A stretch of 64,000 nt of DNA, from assembly GCA_964016885.1 (NCBI GenBank), contig OZ024740.1, forward strand, positions 7,068,001 to 7,132,000, read 5' to 3'. Origin of the DNA: Eledone cirrhosa. Its lineage: Eukaryota. Both the position numbers and the translations under genes were made by a program. The notes below the pieces were generated by a model that worked only from the letters and a program-made list of their open reading frames with translations, was not told the DNA's origin and ran no database searches. Shown one piece after another: positions 43,901 to 59,700 of this stretch (position 1 is the stretch's first letter; each line of letters starts with the position of its first letter).

Positions 43901-46900
43901 ACATCTGACATGGGACTATTACCAGCTCTGGTGAGGCCTACTTTCACATCTGACCTGGGACTATTACCAGCTCTGGTGAGGCCTACATTTCACATCTGAC
44001 CTGGAAATATTACCAGCTATGGTGGGGCCTACATTTCACATCTGACCTGGGACTATTACTAGCTCTGGTGAGGTCTACATTTCACATCTGACCTGGGAAC
44101 ATTAGCAGCTCTGGTGAGGTCTACATATCACATCTAACCTGGGATTATACCTGCTCTGCTGGGGTCTACATTTCATATCTGACCTGGGACTATTACCAGC
44201 TTTGGTGAGGCCTACATTTCACATCTGATCTTGGATTATTTCCAGCTCTGGTTAGGACTACATTTCACATCTGACCTTGGACTATTACTAGCTGTGGTGA
44301 GGTCTTCATTTCACATCTGACCTGGGACTATTACCATCTGTGGTAAGGTTACTTTTCACATCTGACCTGGGACTAATACCAGATCTGGTGATATCTACAT
44401 TTCACATCTCACCTGGGACTATTACCAGCTGTGGTGAGACCTACATTTCACATCTGACCTGGGACTAATACCAGCTGTGGTGAAGCCTACATTTCACATC
44501 TGACCTGGGAATATTACCAGCTGTGGTTAGACCTACATTTCACATCTGACCTGGGACTATTACCAGCTGTGGTGAGACCTACATTTCACATCTGAACTGG
44601 GACAATTACCAGCTATTGTGAGGCCTACATTTCACATCTGACCTTGGAATATTACCAGCTATGGTAAGGTCTAGATTTCACATCTGACCTGGGACTATTA
44701 CTAGCTGTGGTGAGGTATACATTTTAAATCTGACCTGGGATTATTACTAGCTCTCGTGAGGTCTACATTTCACATCTGACCTGGGACTATTACGATCTAT
44801 GGTGATGCCTACATTTCACATCAGACCTGGGACTATTACCAGCTCTGGTGAGGTCTACATTTCACATCTGACTTGTGACTATTCCCATCTCTGGTGAGGT
44901 CTACATTTCACATCTGACCTGGGACTATTACCAGCTATGGTGAGGTCTACATTTCACATCTGACCTGGGAATATCACCAGTTTTGGTGAGGTCAACATTT
45001 CACATCTGACCTGGGACTATTACCAGCTCTGGTGAGGTCTACATTTCACATCTGACTTGTGAATATTCCCATCTCTGGTGAGGTCTACATTTCACATCTG
45101 ACCTGGGAGTATTACCAGCAATGGTGAGGCCTGCATTTCACATCTGACCTGGGACTATTACTATCTATGGTGAGGCCTATATTTCACATCTGACCTGGGA
45201 CTAATACCAGCTTTGGTGAGGTCTACATTTCACATCTGATCTGGGACTATTACAAGTTCTGGTTAGGACTACATATCACATCTGACCTTGGACTATTACC
45301 AGCTGTGGTGAGGTCTACATTTCATATCTGACCTGGGACTATTACCAGCTATGGTGAGGCCTACATTTCACATCTGACTTGTGACTATTAGCATCTCTGG
45401 TGAGGTCTACATTTCACATCTGACCTGGGACTATTACTAGCTATGGTGTGGCATACATTTCACATCTGAACTTGGAATATTACCAGCTATGGTAAGGTCT
45501 AGATTTCACATCTGACCTGGGACTATTACTAGCTGTAGTGAAATATACATTTCACATCTGACCTGGGACTATTACCAGCTCTGGTGAGGCCTGCATTTCA
45601 CATCTGACCTGGGACTATTACCATCTATGGTGAGGCCTACATTTCACATCTGACCTGGGACTATTACCAGCTCTGGTGAGGCCTACATTTCAAATCTGAC
45701 CTTGGAATATTACCAGTTATGGTAAGGTCTAGATTTCACATCTGACCTGGGACTATTACTAGCTATGGTTAGGTCTACATTTCACATCTGCCCTGGGACT
45801 ATTACTAGCTATGGTAAGGTCTAGATTTCACATCTGACCTGGGACTATTACTAGCTGTAGTGAAGTATACATTTCACATCTGACCTGGGACTATTACCAA
45901 CTATGGTGAGACCTACATTTCACATCTAACCTGAGACTATTACCAGCTCTGGTGAGTTCTATATTTCACATCTGACCTGGGACTATTTCCAGCTGTGGTA
46001 CGGTTTACTTTTCACATCTGACTTGTGACTATTACCATCTCTGGTGAGGTCTACATTTCACATCTGACCTAGGACTATTACCAGCTATGGTGAGGCCTAC
46101 ATTTCAATCAGACCTGGAACTATTTCCAGCTATGGTGCGGCCTAAATTTCACATCTGACATGGTACTATTATCAGCTATGGTGAGGTCCACATTTCACAT
46201 CTGATCTGGGAATATTACCAGCTATTGTGAGGCCTACATTTCACATCTGACCTGGGACTATTACCAGCTATTGTGAGGCATACATTTCACATCTGACCTG
46301 GGAATATTACCAGCTATTGTGAAGTCTACATTTCACATCTGACCTGGGACTATTACCAGCTGTGGTAAGGTTACTTTTCACATCTGACTAGGGACTATTA
46401 CCAGATCTGCTGAAGCCTACATTTCACATCTGACTTGTGACTATTACCATCTCTGGTGAGGTCTACATTTCACATCTGACATGGGACTATTACCAGCTAT
46501 GGTGAGGCCTACATTTAAATCTGACCTGGGACTATTTCCAGCTATTGTGAAGTCTACATTTCACATCTTACCTGGGACTATTACCAGCTATGGTGAGGCC
46601 TACTTTCACATCTGACCTGGGACTATTACCAGCTCTGGTGAGGCCTACATTTCACATCTGACCTGCGATTATTATAAGCTCTTGTGAGGTCTACATTTCA
46701 CGTCTGACCTGGGATTATTACCAGCTGTGGTGAGGCCTACATTTCACATCTGACCTGGGAATATTACCAGTTTTGGTGCGGTCAACATTTCACATCTGAC
46801 CTGGGACTATTACCAGCTATGGTGAGGCCTATATTTCACATCTGACCTTGGAATATTACCAGCTATGGTAAGGTCTAGATTTCATATCTGACCTGGGACT

Positions 46901-48442
46901 ATTACTAGCTGTAGTGAAGTATACATTTCACATCTGACCTGCGACTATTACCAGCTCTTGTGAGGCCTATATTTCACATCTGACCTTGGAATATTACCAG
47001 CTATGGTAAGGTCTAGATTTCACATCTGACCTGGGAATATTACCAGTTTTGGTGAGGTCAACATTTCACATCTGACCTGGGACTATTTCCAGCTATGGTG
47101 ATGCCTATATTTCACATCTGACCAGGAACTATTAGCAGCTTTGGTGAGGCCTACATTTCACATCTGATCTGGGACTATTACTAGCTGTGGTGAGGTCTAC
47201 ATTTCACATCTGACCTGGGAATATTACCAGCTGTGGTAAGGTTACTTTTCACATTTGACCTGGGACTATTACCAGCGGTGGTTAGGACTACATTTCACAT
47301 CTGACGTGGGACTATTACTAGCTGTGGTGGCGTCTACATTTCACATCTCACATTGGATTAATACCAGCTATGTTGAGGCCTACGTTTCACATCTGACCTT
47401 GGAATATTACCAGCTATGGTAAGGTCTAGATTTCACATCTGACCTGGGACTATTACCAGCTCTGGTAAGGCCTACATTTTACATCTGGTCTGGGACTATT
47501 ACCAGCTATGGTTAGGTCTACATTTTAACATCTGATCTGGGAATATTTCCAACTATTGTGAGGCCTACATTTCACATCAGACCTGGGACTATTACCAGCT
47601 ATTGTGACGCCTACATTTCACATCTGACCTGGGACTATTACCAGCTATTGTGTGACCTACATTTCACATCTGACATGGGACTATTAGCAGCTATGGTGAA
47701 GCCTACATTTCACATCTGACCTGGGACTATTACCAGCTCTGGTGAGGCCTACATTTCACATCTGACATGGGACTATTCCCAGCTCTGGTGAGGCCTACAT
47801 TTCACATATGACCTGCGACTATTAACAGCTCTTGTGAAGTCTACATTTCAGATCTGACTTGGGACTATTACTATCTCTGGTGAGGCCTACATTTCACATC
47901 TGACCTGGGACTATTACCAGCTCTAGTGAGGCCTACATTTCACATCCGACATGGAACTATTACCAGCTCTGGTGAGGTCTACATTTCACACCTGACCTGG
48001 GACTATTACCAGCTAGTGTGAGGCCTATATTTCACATCTGACCTGGGACTATTACCAGCTATTGTGAGGCCTATATTTCACATCTGACCTGGGACTATTA
48101 CCAGCTCTGATTAGGCCTACATTCCACATCTGACCTGGGACTATTACCAGCTATAGGGAGGCCTACATTTCACATCTGACCTGGGACTATTACCAGCTCT
48201 GGTGAGGTCTACATTCCACATCTGACCTGGGACTATTTCGAGCTGTGGTATGGTTTAATTTTCACATCTGACCAGGGACTATTACCAGATCTGGTGAGGC
48301 CTATATTTCACATCTGACTTGTGACTATTTCCATCTCTCGATTGGTCTATATTTCACATCTGACCTGGGACTATTACCAGCTATGGTGAAGCCTACATTT
48401 CACATCTGACCTTGGAATATTACCAGCTATGGTAAGGTCTAG

Positions 48443-51400
48443 ATTTCACATCTGACCTGGGACTATTACTAGCTGTAGTGAAGTATACATTTCACATCTG
48501 ACCTGGGACCATTACCAGCTTTGGTGAAGCCTGCATTTCACATGTGACCAGGGACTATTTCCAACTATGTTGAAGTCTATATTTCACATCTGACCTGGGA
48601 CTATTACCAGCTATGGTGAAGCCTACATTTCACATCTGACCTTGGAATATTACCAGCTATGGTAAGGTCTAGATTTCACATCTGACCTGGGACTATTACT
48701 AGCTGTAGTGAAGTATACATTTCACATCTGACATTGGACTATTACCAGCTATGGTGAGGCCTGCATTTCACATCTGACCAGGGCCTATTACCAGCTATGG
48801 TGAGGCCTACATTTCACATCTGACCTGGGACTATTACCAGCTATGATGACGCCTATATTTCACATCAGACCAGGGACTATTACCAACTCTGGTGAGGCCT
48901 ACATGTCACATCTGACTTGTGACTATTCCCATATCTGGTGAGGTCTACACTTCACATCTAACCTGGGACTATTACCAGCTATGGTGAGGCCTACATTTCA
49001 CATGTGACCTTGGAATATTACCAGCTATGGTAAGGTCTAGATTTCACATCTGACCTGGGACTATTACTAGCTGTAGTGAAGTATACATTTCACATCTAAC
49101 CTGGGATTATTACCAGCTATGGCGAGACCTACATTTCACATCTAACCTGAGACTATTACCAGCTCTGGTGAGGTCTACATTTCACATCTGACCTGGGACT
49201 AATACCTGCAGTGGTACGGTTTACTTTTCACATTTGACCTTGGACTATTACCAGCTCTGGTGAGACCTACATTTCACATCTGACCTGTGACTATTACCAG
49301 CTATGGTGAGGTCTACGTTTCACATCTGACATTGGATTAATACCAGCTATGGTGAGGCCTACATTTCAAATCTGACCTTGGAATATTACCAGCTCTGGTG
49401 AGGTCTACATTTCACATCTGACCTGGGACTATTACCAGCAGTGGTACGGTTTACTTTTCACATCTGACTTGGGACTATTACCATCTCTGGTAAGGTCTAC
49501 ATTTCACATCTGACCTGTGACTATTACCAGCTATGGTGAGGCCTACATTTCACATCTGACCAGGGAATATTACCAGCTATTGTGTGGCATACATTTCACA
49601 TCTGACCTGGGACTATTACCAGCTATTGTGAAGTCTACATTTCACATCTGACCTGGGAATATTACCAGTTTTGGTGAGGTCTACATTTCACATCTGACCT
49701 GGGACTATTATCAGCTATCGGGAGGTCCACATTTCACCTCTGATCTGGGAATATTTCCAGCTCCTCTTAGGCCTACATGTCACATCTGACCTGGAACTAT
49801 TACCAGCTATGGTGAGGTCTACATTTCACATCTGACCTGGGAATATTATCAGCTCTGGTGAGGTCTACATTTCACATCTGACATGGGAATATTACCAGTT
49901 TTGATGAGGTCAACATTTCACATCTGATCTGGGAGTATTACCAACTCTGGTTAGGACTACATTTCACATATGACCTGGGACTATTACTAGCTGTGCTGAC
50001 GTCTACATTTAACATCTGACCTGGGACTATTACCAGCTCTGATGAGGTCTACATTTCACATCTGACTTGTGACTATTCTCATCTCTGGTGAGGTCTCCAT
50101 TTCACATCTAACCTGGGATTAATAACAGTTATGGTGAGGCCTACATTTCACATTTGACATTGGAATATTTCCAGTCATGGTAAGTTCTAGATTTCACATC
50201 TGACCTGGGACTAATATTAGCTGTAGTGAAGTATACATTTCACATCTGACCTGGGTCTATTACCAGCTCTGGTGAGGCCTGCATTTCACATCTGAGCTGG
50301 GAATATTACCAGCTATGGTGAGGTCTACATTTTAACATCTGATCTGGGATTATTCCAGCTCTGGTGAGGCCTGCATTTCACATCTGACCTGGGACTATTA
50401 CTAGCTGTAGTGAAGTATACATTTCACATCTGACCTGGGACCATTACCAGCTTTGGTGAAGCCTGCATTTCACATGTGACCAGGGACTATTTCCAACTAT
50501 GTTGAAGTCTATATTTCACATCTGACCTGGGACTATTACCAGCTATGGTGAAGCCTACATTTCACATCTGACCTTGGAATATTACCAGCTATGGTAAGGT
50601 CTAGATTTCACATCTGACCTGGGACTATTACTAGCTGTAGTGAAGTATACATTTCACATCTGACATTGGACTATTACCAGCTATGGTGAGGCCTGCATTT
50701 CACATCTGACCAGGGCCTATTACCAGCTATGGTGAGGCCTACATTTCACATCTGACCTGGGACTATTACCAGCTATGATGACGCCTATATTTCACATCAG
50801 ACCAGGGACTATTACCAACTCTGGTGAGGCCTACATGTCACATCTGACTTGTGACTATTCCCATATCTGGTGAGGTCTACACTTCACATCTAACCTGGGA
50901 CTATTACCAGCTATGGTGAGGCCTACATTTCACATGTGACCTTGGAATATTACCAGCTATGGTAAGGTCTAGATTTCACATCTGACCTGGGACTATTACT
51001 AGCTGTAGTGAAGTATACATTTCACATCTAACCTGGGATTATTACCAGCTATGGCGAGACCTACATTTCACATCTAACCTGAGACTATTACCAGCTCTGG
51101 TGAGGTCTACATTTCACATCTGACCTGGGACTAATACCTGCAGTGGTACGGTTTACTTTTCACATTTGACCTTGGACTATTACCAGCTCTGGTGAGACCT
51201 ACATTTCACATCTGACCTGTGACTATTACCAGCTATGGTGAGGTCTACGTTTCACATCTGACATTGGATTAATACCAGCTATGGTGAGGCCTACATTTCA
51301 AATCTGACCTTGGAATATTACCAGCTCTGGTGAGGTCTACATTTCACATCTGACCTGGGACTATTACCAGCAGTGGTACGGTTTACTTTTCACATCTGAC

Positions 51401-52332
51401 TTGGGACTATTACCATCTCTGGTAAGGTCTACATTTCACATCTGACCTGTGACTATTACCAGCTATGGTGAGGCCTACATTTCACATCTGACCAGGGAAT
51501 ATTACCAGCTATTGTGTGGCATACATTTCACATCTGACCTGGGACTATTACCAGCTATTGTGAAGTCTACATTTCACATCTGACCTGGGAATATTACCAG
51601 TTTTGGTGAGGTCTACATTTCACATCTGACCTGGGACTATTATCAGCTATCGGGAGGTCCACATTTCACCTCTGATCTGGGAATATTTCCAGCTCCTCTT
51701 AGGCCTACATGTCACATCTGACCTGGAACTATTACCAGCTATGGTGAGGTCTACATTTCACATCTGACCTGGGAATATTATCAGCTCTGGTGAGGTCTAC
51801 ATTTCACATCTGACATGGGAATATTACCAGTTTTGATGAGGTCAACATTTCACATCTGATCTGGGAGTATTACCAACTCTGGTTAGGACTACATTTCACA
51901 TATGACCTGGGACTATTACTAGCTGTGCTGACGTCTACATTTAACATCTGACCTGGGACTATTACCAGCTCTGATGAGGTCTACATTTCACATCTGACTT
52001 GTGACTATTCTCATCTCTGGTGAGGTCTCCATTTCACATCTAACCTGGGATTAATAACAGTTATGGTGAGGCCTACATTTCACATTTGACATTGGAATAT
52101 TTCCAGTCATGGTAAGTTCTAGATTTCACATCTGACCTGGGACTAATATTAGCTGTAGTGAAGTATACATTTCACATCTGACCTGGGTCTATTACCAGCT
52201 CTGGTGAGGCCTGCATTTCACATCTGAGCTGGGAATATTACCAGCTATGGTGAGGTCTACATTTTAACATCTGATCTGGGATTATTCCAGCTCTGGTGAG
52301 GCCTGCATTTCACATCTGACCTGGGACTATTA
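48443..52332. repeat. Near-perfect tandem duplication of 1,932 bp (42 x 46)
   Basis: AAGTATAC..GGACCATT at 48481/50413, CTCCTCTTAGG at 49761/51693 and GATCTGGGATTATTCCAG at 50341/52273 all give offset 1932. I saw no differences in the stretches compared by eye. Confidence 0.93.
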
Positions 52333-53749
52333 CGAGCTTTGGTGAGGCCTACATTTCACATCTGATCTGGGACTATTACAAGCTCTGGTTAGGAGTACAT
52401 TTCACATCTGACCTTGGACTATTACTAGCTATGGTGAGGTCTATATTTCACATCTGACCTGGGAGTATTTTCAGCTATGGTAAGGTTACTTTTCACATCT
52501 GACTAGGGACTATTACCAGCTCTGCTGAAGCCTACATTTCACATCTGACCCAGCACTATTATCAGCTATGGTGAGGTCCACATTTCACATCTGATCTGGG
52601 AATATTACCAGCTATTGTGAGACCTACATTTCACATCTGACCTGGGAATATTACCACCTATGGTGAGGTCTACATTTCACATCTGACCTGGGAATATTAC
52701 CAGCTATTGTGAGGCCTATATTTCACATCTGACGTGGGACTATTACCAGCTATTGTGAAGTCTACATTTCGCATCTGACCTGGGACTATTACCAGCTATG
52801 GTGAGGCCTACATTTTACACCTAACTTGGAACTATTACCAGCTATGGTGAGGCTTACATTCCAAATCAGAGCTGGGACTATTTCGAGCTGTGGTATGGTT
52901 TACTTTTCACATCTGACCAGGGACTATTACCAGCTATGGTGAAGTCTACTTTTCGCTTCTGACCTTGGAATATTACCAGCTATGGTAAGGTCTAGATTTC
53001 ACATCTGACCTCGGACTATTACTAGCTGTAGTGAAGTATACATTTCACATCTGACCTGGGACCATTACCAGCTCTGGTGAAGCCTGCATTTCACATGTGA
53101 CCAGGGACTATTACCAGCTATGTTGAGGTCTATATATCACATCTGACCTGGGACTATTACCAGCTATTGTGAGGCCTACATTTCACATCTGACCTGCGAC
53201 TATCACCAGCTATTGTGAGACCTACATTTCACATCTGACCTGGGACTATTACCAGCTCTGGTGAGGCCTACATTCCACTTCTGACCTGCTACTATTTCGA
53301 GCTGTGGTATGGTTTACTTTTCACATCTGACCAATGACTATTACCAGCTCTGGTGAGGCCTATATTTCACATCTGACTTGTGACTATTCCCATCTCTGGA
53401 TAGGTCTACATTTCACATCTGACCTGGGACTATTACCAGCTATGGTGAAGCCTACATTTCAATCTGAGCTTGCAATATTACCGGCTATGGTAACGTCTAG
53501 ATATCACATCTGACCTGGGACTATTACTAGCTGTAGTGAAGTATACATTTCACATCTGACCTGGGACCATTACCAGCTCTGGTGAAGCCTGCATTTCACA
53601 TGTGACCAGGGACTATTACCAGCTATGTTGAGGTCTATATTTCACATCTGACCTGGGACTATTACCAGCTATTGTGAGGACTACATTTCCCATCTGACCT
53701 GCGACAATCACCAGCTATTGTGAGACCTACATTTCACATCTGACATGGG

Positions 53750-56700
53750 AATATTACCAGCTATGGTGAGGCCTCAATATCACATCTGACCTGGGACTAT
53801 TACCAGCTATGATGACGCCTATATTTCACATCTGACCTGGGACTATTACTATCTCTGGTGAGGCCTACATTTCACATCTGACCTGGGACTATTACCAGCT
53901 ATGGTGAGGCCTATATTTCACATCTGACCTGGGACTATTACTATCTCTGGTGAGGCCTACATTTCACATCTGACCTGGGACTATTACCAGCTATGGTGAG
54001 GCCTATATTTCACATCTGAGCTGGGACTATTACCAGCTGTGGTGAGGCCTACATTTCATATTTGACCTGGGACTATTACAAGCTCTGGTTAGGACTACAT
54101 TTCACATCTAACCTTGGACTATTACTAGCTGTGGTGAGGTCACATTTCACATCTGACCTGGGACTATTTCCAGCTGTGGTAAGGTTATTTTCACATCTGA
54201 CTAGGGACTATTACCAGCTCTGCTGAGGGCTACATTTCACATCATACTTGTGACTATTACCATCTCTGGCGAGGTCTACATTTCACATCTGACCTGGGAC
54301 TATTACCAGCTATAGTGTGGTCTACATTTCGCATCTGACCTGGGAATATTTCCAACTGTGATACGGTTTACTTTTCACATTTGACTTGGGACTATTACCA
54401 GCTTTGCTGATGCCTACATTTCAATCTGACTTGTGACTATTACCATCTCGGTGAGGTCTACATTTCACATCTGACGTGGGACTATTGCCAGCTATGGTGA
54501 GACCTACATTTCATATCTGACCTGGGACTAGGTGAGGTCCACATTTTACATCTGATCTGGGAATATTACCAGCTATTGTGAGGCTTTCATTTCACATATG
54601 ACCTGGGACTATTACCAGCTATGGTGAGGTCTACATTTCACATCTGACCTGGGAATATTACCAGCTATTGTGAGGCATACATTTCACATCTGACCTGGTG
54701 AGGTCTACATTTCACATCTGACCTGGGACAATTACCAGCTATGGTGAGGCCTACATTTCATATCTGACCTGGGACTAGGTGAGGTCCACATTTCACATCT
54801 GATCTGGGAATATTACCAGCTATTGTGAGGCATACATTTCACATCTGACATGGTGAGGCCTTCATTTCACATCTGACCCGGGACTATTACCAGTTATGGT
54901 GAGGTCTACATTTCACATCTGACCTGTTAATATTACCAGCTATTGTGAGGCATACATTTCACATCTGACCTGGGACAATTACCAGCTATGGTGAGACCTA
55001 CATTTCACATCTGACCTGCGACTACTACCAGCTCTTGTGAGGTCTACATTTCACGTCTGACCTGGGATTATTAGCAGATGTGGTGAGGCCTATATTTCAC
55101 ATCTGACCTGGGAATATTACCAGTTTTGGTGCGGTCTACATTTCACATCTGACCTGGGACTATTACCAGCTATAGTGAGGCCTACATTTCACACCCGACC
55201 TGGGACTATTACCAGCTATGGTGAGACCTTCATTTCACATCTGACCTGGGACTATTACCAGCTATGTTGAGGTCTACATTTCACATATGACCTGGGACTA
55301 TTACCAGCGCTGGTGAGGTCTACATTTCACATCTGACTTGTGACTATTCTCATCTCTGGTGAGGTCTCCATTTCACATCTAACCTGGGATTAATAACAGC
55401 TATGGTGAGGCCTACATTTCACATTTGACCTTGGAATATTTCCAGTTATGGTAAGGTCTAGATTTCACATCTGACCTTGGACTAATATTAGCTGTAGTGA
55501 AGTATACATTTCACATCTGACCTGGGTCTATTACCAGCTCTGGTGAGGCCTGCATTTCACATCTGACCTGGGACTATTACCAGCTATGGTAAGGTATACA
55601 TTTTAACATCTGATCTGGGACTATTCCAGCTCTGGTGAGGCCTGCATTTCACATCTGACCTGGGACTATTACATGCTATCGTGAGGCCTATATTTCACAT
55701 CTGACCTGGAACTATTACGAGCTTTGGCGAGGCCTACATTTCACATCTGATCTGGGACTATTACAAGCTCTGGTTAGGAGTACATTTCACATCTGACCTG
55801 GGAATATTACCACCTATGGTGAGGTCTACATTTCACATCTGACCTGGGACTATTACCAGCTATGGTGAGGCCTACATTCCACATCTGACCTGGGACTATT
55901 ACCAGCAATTGTGAGGCCTATATTTCACATCTAACCTGGGAATATTAACAGCTCTGATTAGGCCTACATTCCACATCTGACATGGACTATTACCAGCTAT
56001 TGTGAGGCCTACATTTCACATCTGACCTGGGACTATTACCAGCTCTGGTGAGGCCTATATTTCACATCTGACTTCTGACTATTCCCATCTCTGGATAGGT
56101 ATACATTTCACATCTGACCTGGGATTATTACCAGCTATGGTGAAGCCTACTTTTCACATCTGACCTTAGAATATAAACCAGCTATGGTAAGGTTTAGATT
56201 TCACATCTGACCTCGGACTATTCTAGCTGTAGTGAAGTATACATTTCACATCTGACCTGGGACCATTACCAGCTTTGGTGAAGCCTGCATTTCACATGTG
56301 ACCAGGGACTATTACAAGCTAAGTTGAGGTCTATATTTCACATCTGACCTGGGACTATTCCCAGCTATTGTGAGGCCTACATTTCACATCTGACCTGCGA
56401 CTATCACCAGCTATTGTTAGACCTACATTTCACATCTGACATGGGACTATTACCAGCTCTGGTGAGGCCTAAATTTCACATCTGACCTGGGACTATTACC
56501 AGCTATGATAACGCCTATATTTCACATCTAACCTGGGACTCTTACTATCTCTGGTGAGGCCTACATTTCACATCTGATCTGGGAATATTACCAGCTATTG
56601 TGAGGCCTACATTTCACATCTGACGTGGGACTATTACCAGCTATTCTGAAGTCTACATTTCACCTCTGACCTCGGACTATTACCTGCTATGGTGAGGCCT

Positions 56701-59700
56701 ACATTTCACATCTGACCTGGAACTATTACCAGCTATGGTGAGGCCTACATTTCACATCTGACCTGGGACTATTACCAGCTATTGTGAGGCCTACATTTCA
56801 CATCTGACCTGGGACTATTACCAGCTAGTGTGAGGCCTACATTTCATATCTGACCTGGGACTATTACAAGCTCTGGTTAGGACTACATTTCACATCTAAC
56901 GTTGGACTATTACTAGCTGTGGTGATGTCTACATTTCACATCTGACCTGGGACTATTTCCAGCTGTGGTAAGGTTATTTTCACATCTGACTAGGGACTAT
57001 TACCATCTCTGGTGAGGTCTACATTTCACATCTGACCTGGGACTATTACCAGCTATGGTGAGGTCTACATTTCACATCTGACCTGGGAATATTTCCAGCA
57101 GTGATACGGTTTACTTTTCACATTTGACTTGGGACTATTACCAGCTTTGCTGAGGCCTACATTTCACATCTGACTTGTGACTATTACCATCTCGGTGAGG
57201 TCTACATTTCACATCTGACCTGGGACTATTACTAGCTATGTTGAGGCCTACATGTAACATCTGACGTGGAACTATTGCCAGCTATTGTGAGGCCTACATT
57301 TCACATCTGACCTGGGACTATTACCAGCTATGGCGAGGTCTACATTTCACATCTGACCTGGGAATATTACCAGCTATTGTGAGACATACATTTCACATCT
57401 GTCCTTGTGAGGTCTACATTTAACATCTGACATGGGACTAGGTGAGGTCCACATTTCACATCTGATCTGAGAATATTTCCAGCTATTGTGAGGCTTTCAT
57501 TTCACATATGACCTGGGACTATTACCAGCTATGGTGAGGTCTACATTTCACATCTGACCTGGGAATATTACCAGCTATTGTGAGCCATACATTTCACATC
57601 TGACCTGGTGAGGTCCACATTTCACATCTGATCTGGGAATATTACCAGCTATTGTGAGGTCTACGTTTCACATCTGAACTGGGAATATTAACAGCTATTG
57701 TGAGGCATACATTTCACATCTGACCTGGTGAGGCCTTCATTTCACATCTGACCCGGGACTATTACCAGCTATGGTGAGGTCTACGTTTCACATCTGAACT
57801 GGGAATATTAACAGCTATTGTGAGGCATACATTTCACATCTGACCTGGGACTATTACCAGCTATGGTGAGACCTACATTTCACATCTGACCTGCGACTAT
57901 TACCAGCTCTTGTGAGGTCTACATTTCACGTCTGACCTGGGATTATTACCAGATGTAGTGAGGCCTATATTTCACATCTGACCTGGGAATATTACCAGTT
58001 TTGGTGAGGTCTACATTTCACATCTGACCTGGGACAGTTACCAGCTATAGTGAGGCCTACATTTCACATCCGACCTGGGACTATTACCAGCTATGGTGAG
58101 ACCTTCATTTCACATCTGACCTGGGACTATTACCAGCTATGTTGAGTTCTACATTTCACATCTGACCTGGGACTATTACCAGCTATTATGAGCCCTACAT
58201 TTTACATATGACCTGGGACTATTACCAGCTATTGTGAGGCCTACATTTCACATATGACCTGGGACTATTACCAGCTCTGGTGATGCCTACATTTCACATC
58301 TGACTTGGGACTATTACCAGCTCTGGTGAGGCCTACATTTCGCATCTGACCTGGGACTATTACCAGCTATGGTGACGCCTACATTTCACGTCTGACTTTG
58401 GATATATTACCGGCTGTGGTGAGGCCTACATTTCACATCTGACCTGGGACTATTACCAGCTCTGGTGAGGCCTCAATTTAACATCTGACCTGGGACTATT
58501 ACCAGCTATGATGACGCCTATATTTCACATCTGACCTGGGACTATTACTATCTCTGGTGAGGCCTATATTTCACATCTGACCTGGGACTATTACCAGCTA
58601 TGGTGAGGCCTATATTTCACATCTGAGCTGGGACTATTACCAGCTGTGGTGAGGCCTACATTTCATATCTGACCTGGGACTATTACAGGCTCTGGTTAGG
58701 ACTACATTTCACATCTAACCTTGGACTATTACTAGCTGTGGTGATGTCTACATTTCACATCTGACCTGGGACTATTTCCAGCTGTGGTAAGGTTATTTTC
58801 ACATCTGACTAGGGACTATTACCATCTCTGGTGAGGTCTACATTTCACATCTGACCTGGGACTATTACCAGCTATGGTGAGGTCTACATTTCACATCTGA
58901 CCTGGGAATATTTCCAGCAGTGATACGGTTTACTTTTCACATTTGACTTGGGACTATTACCAGCTTTGCTGAGGCCTACATTTCACATCTGATTTGTGAC
59001 TATTACCATCTCGGTGAGGTCTACATTTCACATCTGACCTGGGACTATTACTAGCTATGTTGAGGCCTACATGTCACATCTGACGTGGAACTATTGCCAG
59101 CTATGGTGAGACCTACATTTCATATCTGACCTGGGACTAGGTGAGGTCCACATTGCACATCTGATCTGGGAATATTACCAGCTATTGTGAGGCCTACATT
59201 TCACATCTGACCTGGGACAATTACCAGCTATGGCGAGGTCTACATTTCACATCTGACCTGGGAATATTACCAGCTATTGTGAGACATACATTTCACATCT
59301 GTCCTTGTGAGGTCTACATTTAACATCTGACATGGGAGTAGGTGAGGTCCACATTTCACATCTGATCTGAGAATATTTCCAGCTATTGTGAGGCTTTCAT
59401 TTCACATATGACCTGGGACTATTACCAGCTATGGTGAGGTCTACATTTCACATCTGACCTGGGAATATTACCAGCTATTGTGAGCCATACATTTCACATC
59501 TGACCTGGTGAGGTCTACATTTCACATCTGACCTGGGACAATTACCAGCTATGGTGAGGCCTACATTTCATATCTGACCTGGGACTAGGTGAGGTCCACA
59601 TTTCACATCTGATCTGGGAATATTACCAGCTATTGTGAGGCATACATTTCACATCTGACCTGGTGAGGCCTTCATTTCACATCTGACCCGGGACTATTAC

